Assembly (NCBI GenBank): GCA_045576795.1
Contig: JAZNHE010000019.1
Span: 1 to 61,140 of the forward strand
DNA length: 61,140 nucleotides
Direction: 5' to 3'
Origin: Eubacteriales bacterium
Lineage (GTDB): Bacteria; Bacillota; Clostridia; Oscillospirales; CAG-272
This document shows, in pieces, positions 56,463 through 61,140 of the stretch. A program made the translations under genes and the position numbers. Position 1 is the first letter of the stretch, and each line of letters opens with the position of its first letter. Under the pieces are notes generated by a model. That model was not told the origin of the DNA. It was given only the letters and a program-made list of their open reading frames with translations, and ran no database searches.

Positions 56463-58116
56463 ACGTATGAATTACAAACAAGAATTTAACCGTTGGCTGT
56501 CCGAGCCGGTTGTAGATGAAAGCACTAAAGATGAGCTTATGAATCTTACCGACGGTGAGATTGAGGACAGATTTTACCGTGACCTTGAATTCGGCACCGG
56601 TGGCCTGCGTGGAATTATGGGCGCAGGCACAAACAGAATGAACGTATATACAGTCCGCCGCGCAACGCAGGGGCTTTCGGAATACGTAAGGAGCAATGGC
56701 GACACTGCGATCAACGCAGGCGTTGTGATAGCATATGATTCTCGCAACAACTCAAGCAAATTTGCCAAGGAGTGCGCCTCGGTTTTAAGCGCAAACAAGA
56801 TCAAAAGCTATATGTTTGATTCGCTCTCTCCGACTCCCGAGTTATCATTCGCTGTCAGAGAGCTTGGCTGCTTTGCGGGCATAGTAATCACGGCAAGTCA
56901 CAACCCAAAGGAATATAACGGATATAAGGTATACGGCAAGGACGGTGGTCAGCTCCCACCCTTTGATGCCAAACAAGTGCTCGACTTCATCCTTGCAACC
57001 GATATTTTTGAGGACGTTAAGGTTTGTGAAAATCCCGACACGGTACTGCTTGGCAAGGAGCTCGAGGACAAGTATATCGCTGCCGTATTAGCGCAATCTC
57101 TCGGTATTCCTATCGAAAAAGACCTCAAAATAGTTTACACGCCCCTCCACGGAACAGGAAATTTACCCGTAAGACGGGTGCTTGGTGAAATCGGAGTCAA
57201 GGAACTGTACATAGTAAAGGAGCAAGAGGCTCCCGATGGCAACTTCCCCACCGTGATAAGCCCCAACCCCGAAAACATCTCGGCGTTTGATATAGCAAAG
57301 CGACAAGCAGAAATGCTCGGCGCTGACCTTATAATAGCAACCGATCCCGATTCCGACAGGGTTGGAATTATGGCTCGGGATAGTGACGGCAGTTACATCG
57401 CTCTTAACGGAAATCAGACAGGCGCTCTGCTTGCGGATCTCATATTTGAGAAAATGGAAAAGGCAGGAATGCCCGAAAATCCAAGGCTCATAAAAACCAT
57501 CGTAACGACGGAGCTCGCACGCAAAATTGCAGAGTCATACGGTGTCACTTGCATAGACGTGCTCACAGGCTTCAAATATATCGGAGATAAGATCAAGGAA
57601 TATGAAACAAGTGGCGAGCACTTTATTTTCGGTCTTGAAGAGAGCTACGGATATCTGAAAGGCACGTATGCAAGGGATAAGGATGCCGTAGTTGCATCTA
57701 TGCTCATCGCAGAGCTGGCATCGGAATGCAAACGTCTTGGCACAACTATCCCCGAGCGTCTTTGCTCACTTTATGAAAAGCACGGATACCACAAAGAAAA
57801 GCTACTGAGCTACACGCTCAAGGGAATAGACGGCACAATAAAAATCGATAAAATCATGGCGCAGATTCGTGCGCTTCCCCCTCTCGCAGGCGAAGTGAAA
57901 AGAGTCGATTATTCACAAGGAATTGACGGCTTGCCTCCGTCAAACGTAGTGAAGATATTCTTTAACAACGGCTGGCTTTGCGCCCGTCCCTCCGGAACAG
58001 AGCCAAAGATAAAATTCTACACCTCTGCATCCTGCCCGTCATCTGCCGAAAGTGACGCTGCGCTTAACGCTCTTTCCTCATTTATAGAGGGAATTGTCGG
58101 AAAATTTATCGATTAA
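56452..58116 (+). CDS. Phosphomannomutase/phosphoglucomutase (alpha-D-phosphohexomutase family)
   Basis: Active-site loop TASHNPKEYNGYK, Mg loop ATDPDSDR, sugar loop GLEESYG. Start uncertain (56452 or 56467). Confidence 0.88.
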   Translation: MENKRMNYKQEFNRWLSEPVVDESTKDELMNLTDGEIEDRFYRDLEFGTGGLRGIMGAGTNRMNVYTVRRATQGLSEYVRSNGDTAINAGVVIAYDSRNNSSKFAKECASVLSANKIKSYMFDSLSPTPELSFAVRELGCFAGIVITASHNPKEYNGYKVYGKDGGQLPPFDAKQVLDFILATDIFEDVKVCENPDTVLLGKELEDKYIAAVLAQSLGIPIEKDLKIVYTPLHGTGNLPVRRVLGEIGVKELYIVKEQEAPDGNFPTVISPNPENISAFDIAKRQAEMLGADLIIATDPDSDRVGIMARDSDGSYIALNGNQTGALLADLIFEKMEKAGMPENPRLIKTIVTTELARKIAESYGVTCIDVLTGFKYIGDKIKEYETSGEHFIFGLEESYGYLKGTYARDKDAVVASMLIAELASECKRLGTTIPERLCSLYEKHGYHKEKLLSYTLKGIDGTIKIDKIMAQIRALPPLAGEVKRVDYSQGIDGLPPSNVVKIFFNNGWLCARPSGTEPKIKFYTSASCPSSAESDAALNALSSFIEGIVGKFID

Positions 58117-58144
58117 CATAGTCCGAGAAAAGACTATTATCACG

Positions 58145-58193
58145 AAAAAGGGTTCTTACCCCATGCATAAACTTTGTGGTAAGAACCCTTTTA
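58145..58193. terminator. Bidirectional intrinsic terminator (phosphomutase / AraC convergent)
   Basis: 13-bp stem AAGGGTTCTTACC / GGTAAGAACCCTT, flanked by A- and T-runs. Confidence 0.75.
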
Positions 58194-58286
58194 ATATTGC
58201 TTTTTCATATGTTAAAAAACTATTATTTTCCGCCATTTTGCACACTTTTATGTACAAAAAGCATACACGCCCTCGCACTTCCATGA

Positions 58287-59129
58287 TTAGTGTCTTTTAT
58301 TTTCCTCTCGCCAAGTTCCGGGCGGCAGTCCGAACTTGTGCTTAAATGTGCGTGAGAAATACTCAACGTCGGGATAGCCGAGCATAGAAGCGATTACACG
58401 CAGTGGCTCATTGGTAGATAGGAGCAGCTTTTTGGCAAGCTCCATACGCTTGTGCGTTACGTACTCCATTATTGTATAGCCGAATTCAGCCTTGAAATGC
58501 TCGGTAAGAGTAACTGTGCTGCAATGAAGATTGAGCGCAATATCGGAGAGCGTTATCTTCTTATCTAAATTATCCTTAACGTATCGCTTAATAAGCACAC
58601 CTATGCTGTCATCGTTATATCCCGGTGTCATATTAGCTGAGATATGCTTTGCAATCACTCCGAGAATATTGAAATATGACTGCTTTTCCTTATCACTCAC
58701 GCGCCTCATCAAGGAATATGCCTCGGACACTCTACGTATGTCCTGCTCATTACCCAAGGCAGCGCATACACGCTCGAAGTCATAGTCCCCGTCGGATATA
58801 CCGAGCGTAGTTATGAGATATGAGGCTATCCTATCATCCTTGAATATCGGCACTATTGCCTCGGTTATTCCAAACGGACAGGTGTATAACTCCCCTTCCC
58901 CACTCTCCGATACACTGTTCAGATGCTCTATATCCGATGCCTTGCACACCTCAAGCAGACGCTGTGACGAATGAATCAAGGAGCATATATTTTCGTGAGG
59001 GCATCTGGATGATGCTACAGTATGGAAATTCTCGTTAAGCAGGGATATTTCCATACCCGACACGTTATAAAAATCACATAAAAGCTGACTTATGTTCTCG
59101 TTGTCCATACCGACCTCCTTGGTATTCAT
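58287..59129 (-). CDS. AraC-family transcriptional regulator
   Basis: C-terminal double HTH (...ITLSDIALNLHCS...; ...RVIASMLGYPDVEYFSRTFKHKFGLPPGTWR). Confidence 0.85.
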   Translation of the reverse strand: MNTKEVGMDNENISQLLCDFYNVSGMEISLLNENFHTVASSRCPHENICSLIHSSQRLLEVCKASDIEHLNSVSESGEGELYTCPFGITEAIVPIFKDDRIASYLITTLGISDGDYDFERVCAALGNEQDIRRVSEAYSLMRRVSDKEKQSYFNILGVIAKHISANMTPGYNDDSIGVLIKRYVKDNLDKKITLSDIALNLHCSTVTLTEHFKAEFGYTIMEYVTHKRMELAKKLLLSTNEPLRVIASMLGYPDVEYFSRTFKHKFGLPPGTWREENKRH

Positions 59130-59314
59130 AACAAGATTATAGCATAGTACAATGGATATGACAAGCTATTTTATGAAAAATTCAAAAAAAAATCCTTTGT
59201 TTTGTCGTTTTTTTATCGATTTTTCATTATATTGTTATCAATTACTCATTTGAAAAAGCGTTTGAATTTGTTATAATACCATTGTAAAATACAAATAAAG
59301 GAAGGTATTTCAAA

Positions 59315-60346
59315 ATGAAAGTTGAAAAGTTAGTTGTCGGCGTTATCGGCCTTGGAATGGGCGCACATCACCTCAAGGGTGCCATAGAATATGGCGCCGA
59401 GATCGGTATGATCTGTGACACCAACCCAGAGCAGCTTGCAAAGATTGGTGATGAAAACAACATACCCGAGGAAAAGCGCACTACAGATTATCACGATATA
59501 GTCAATAATAAGGACATAAACGTTGTTCTTATTGCTACCCCCGACCAGCAGCATAGAACTCAGGTTGAGGAGTGCCTTGCTGCAGGCAAGCACATCATGT
59601 GCGAGAAGCCCCTTGCGCTTACAAGAGATGATCTCGTTACTATGGTTAACGCAGTTAATGCACATCCCGAGTGCAAGTTTATGATCGGTCAGATCTGCCG
59701 TTTCACCCCCTCTTTCGTTAAGGCTAAGGAGATGATTGATAACGGTGATCTCGGTGAGCTTTATTTTGTAGAATCCGAGTATGCTCACGACTATATGCAT
59801 ATGTTTGAGGCTAATCCCACCAATTGGCGTAGCGATCCTCAGCGTAACGGCGTTGTAGGCGGCGGATGCCACGCAGTTGACCTTCTCAGATGGCTTGTTG
59901 GCGCAGATCCCTGTGAGGTATATGCTCACGGAACACACAAGCTCCTTCCCGCAGTTTCCTACGACGATGCAAATCTTGCAATTTTGAAGTTCCCCGGCAA
60001 CGTTATGGGTAAGGTATTCGTATCAACCGGATGCAAGCGCAACTACACCATGCGTACATGCATCTACGGTACCAAGGGTACTCTTATCTTCGACAACACC
60101 TCTCCTTCTATCACAGCTTTCCTTGCTGATGAGAACGGACACGGCGCAGACGTAGCTAAGGAAATTCCTATCCAGGTTAACAACCACAACGCGGCAGCTG
60201 AATTCAAGGATTTCGCAGACCGTCTTACAGGCGACATTGCTATTGAGACAACTGTTCTTGAGGGTGCTAAGACCGTTGCGGCTTGCCTTGCTATCATCGA
60301 GTCTTCAAAGACCGGTAAGGTAGTAAACCCCAACTACAATTTCTGA
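59315..60346 (+). CDS. Gfo/Idh/MocA-family NAD(P)-dependent oxidoreductase
   Basis: Rossmann N-terminus VGVIGLGMGAHH and the CEKPLA motif. Confidence 0.85.
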   Translation: MKVEKLVVGVIGLGMGAHHLKGAIEYGAEIGMICDTNPEQLAKIGDENNIPEEKRTTDYHDIVNNKDINVVLIATPDQQHRTQVEECLAAGKHIMCEKPLALTRDDLVTMVNAVNAHPECKFMIGQICRFTPSFVKAKEMIDNGDLGELYFVESEYAHDYMHMFEANPTNWRSDPQRNGVVGGGCHAVDLLRWLVGADPCEVYAHGTHKLLPAVSYDDANLAILKFPGNVMGKVFVSTGCKRNYTMRTCIYGTKGTLIFDNTSPSITAFLADENGHGADVAKEIPIQVNNHNAAAEFKDFADRLTGDIAIETTVLEGAKTVAACLAIIESSKTGKVVNPNYNF

Positions 60347-60504
60347 TTTAACGTAATTAAAAGATAATAATTTCGGCAGGATAAGCGTGTTCTCCTTAAC
60401 GGAAGGCACACAAATCCTGCCGACATTATTCGTCAAGTAAATACAGTAGACTTCCCTACGGTTACAACTTTTTATCTCAATGGAAAATCCTTCTTTAAAA
60501 CGTC

Positions 60505-60533
60505 TTGACAAAACGTCTTAAGTGTGTTATTAT
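60505..60533 (+). promoter_or_regulatory. sigma70-type promoter driving the tRNA-Leu transcription unit
   Basis: TTGACA (60505-60510), 17 nt, TATTAT (60528-60533) with extended -10 TGt. Confidence 0.65.
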
Positions 60534-60561
60534 TATTTAGCGTGAAAAACGCAACTAATAT

Positions 60562-60598
60562 GCGGACGTGGCGGAATTGGCAGACGCGCTGGTTTCAG
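60562..60598 (+). pseudogene. Truncated 5' half of tRNA-Leu(CAG): acceptor strand through anticodon
   Basis: 37 of 37 nt identical to 61047-61083. It ends exactly after the anticodon CAG and is followed by an unrelated CUUG-loop hairpin (60599-60622). Confidence 0.9.
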
Positions 60599-60625
60599 CT
60601 TTCGACACCTTGGTGACGAAAGCAA

Positions 60626-60653
60626 TTGAAAGTTGAAAATGGAAAATTGAAAA
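60626..60653 (+). repeat. Left arm of heptad-built inverted repeat (TTGAAAG TTGAAAA TGGAAAA TTGAAAA)
   Basis: Complementary at 24 of 28 positions to 61011-61038. All four non-Watson-Crick positions fall at heptad position 7. Confidence 0.85.
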
Positions 60654-60668
60654 TGAGGAGAAACGGAT

Positions 60669-61010
60669 ATGGCAAACATAATCGAAGAAAAATCTTTTGC
60701 GTTTGCTATAAGGATCGTCAATCTTTATAAGCATTTAAATGAAGTAAAAAAAGAATTCGTTTTGTCCAAGCAACTTTTAAGAAGTGGAACAAGCATCGGT
60801 GCAAACGTGGCAGAAGCAGAACAGGCTCAAAGCACTCCGGACTTTGTATCCAAAATGAGCATTGCCTTAAAAGAGGCATCAGAAACAAAATATTGGATCA
60901 GACTTTTGGCTTCAACGAGTTACCTGACAGAAGCCGAGACTGTTTCTATATTAAACGATTGTGTTGAGATTGAAAAGATTTTAGTGAGTATTATAAAATC
61001 TTCTAAATAA
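60669..61010 (+). CDS. Four-helix-bundle protein (23S rRNA intervening-sequence protein / TIGR02436, Avd-like fold)
   Basis: 113 aa. SD GAGGAG 8 nt upstream. Signature ...SKQLLRSGTSIGANVAEAEQAQSTPDFVSKMSIALKEASETKYWIRLL... is typical of this family. Confidence 0.8.
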   Translation: MANIIEEKSFAFAIRIVNLYKHLNEVKKEFVLSKQLLRSGTSIGANVAEAEQAQSTPDFVSKMSIALKEASETKYWIRLLASTSYLTEAETVSILNDCVEIEKILVSIIKSSK

Positions 61011-61038
61011 CTTTCAACTTTCCACTTTCAATTTTCAA
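61011..61038 (+). repeat. Right arm of heptad-built inverted repeat (CTTTCAA CTTTCCA CTTTCAA TTTTCAA)
   Basis: Starts immediately after the ORF stop codon. It pairs with 60626-60653. Confidence 0.85.
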
Positions 61039-61046
61039 CTGAATAA

Positions 61047-61131
61047 GCGGACGTGGCGGAATTGGCAGACGCGCTGGTTTCAGGTTCCAGTGAAGCAATT
61101 CATGTGGGTTCAAGTCCCGTCGTCCGCACCA
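61047..61131 (+). tRNA. tRNA-Leu (anticodon CAG), class II with long variable arm
   Basis: Acceptor GCGGACG/CGTCCGC, D-arm GCG-GAATTGGCAGA-CGC, anticodon loop TT-CAG-GT, variable arm TGAAGCAATTCATGT, T-loop TTCAAGT, encoded ACCA. Confidence 0.85.
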
Positions 61132-61140
61132 ATCAAAGAG

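Overview
This 61-kb chromosomal window looks like a Firmicute, probably a gut or rumen member of the Clostridia. That call is inferred from gene content and textbook TTGACA-17-TATAAT promoters; no database search was possible. About 50 protein genes are dense and mostly on the minus strand. They include a translation/replication housekeeping run (rplJ, rsgA, rlmN, rsmB, fmt, def, priA, rpoZ, remA, yicC, nrdR), rpsO-pnp, fhs, yceD-rpmF, serC, xth, trmO, pgsA, rimO, tex and rsuA. There are also several glycan-utilisation genes (GH2 beta-mannosidase, GH78 rhamnosidase, a GH130 phosphorylase next to a phosphomannomutase, an AraC regulator) and two heterodimeric ABC exporter pairs. I saw no transposase, integrase, cas gene or recognisable defence gene. 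The most unusual signal is at the two tRNA genes, tRNA-Arg(CCT) at 28993-29067 and tRNA-Leu(CAG) at 61047-61131. Each is preceded, downstream of its own consensus promoter, by a truncated exact or near-exact copy of its own 5' end, followed by an insert. The Arg insert is about 320 nt, hairpin-rich and non-coding. The Leu insert is a four-helix-bundle gene (23S-rRNA intervening-sequence / Avd-like) bracketed by 28-nt inverted arms built from heptad repeats. Other non-genic structure includes an 83-bp tandem repeat (3.5 copies) with a compensatory change in an internal hairpin. There is a phased ~22-bp iteron-like array in a gap between two convergent terminators, and a ~28-bp GATTAAT repeat set. 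A terminator-containing ~65-95-nt element is present twice in inverted orientation around a 4.3-kb gene block. An accessory-looking segment next to tRNA-Arg encodes an unknown polytopic membrane protein and an 871-aa, extremely Cys/His-rich repeat lipoprotein. All family calls rest on motif recognition by eye, and all repeat and structure claims were hand-aligned from the sequence.
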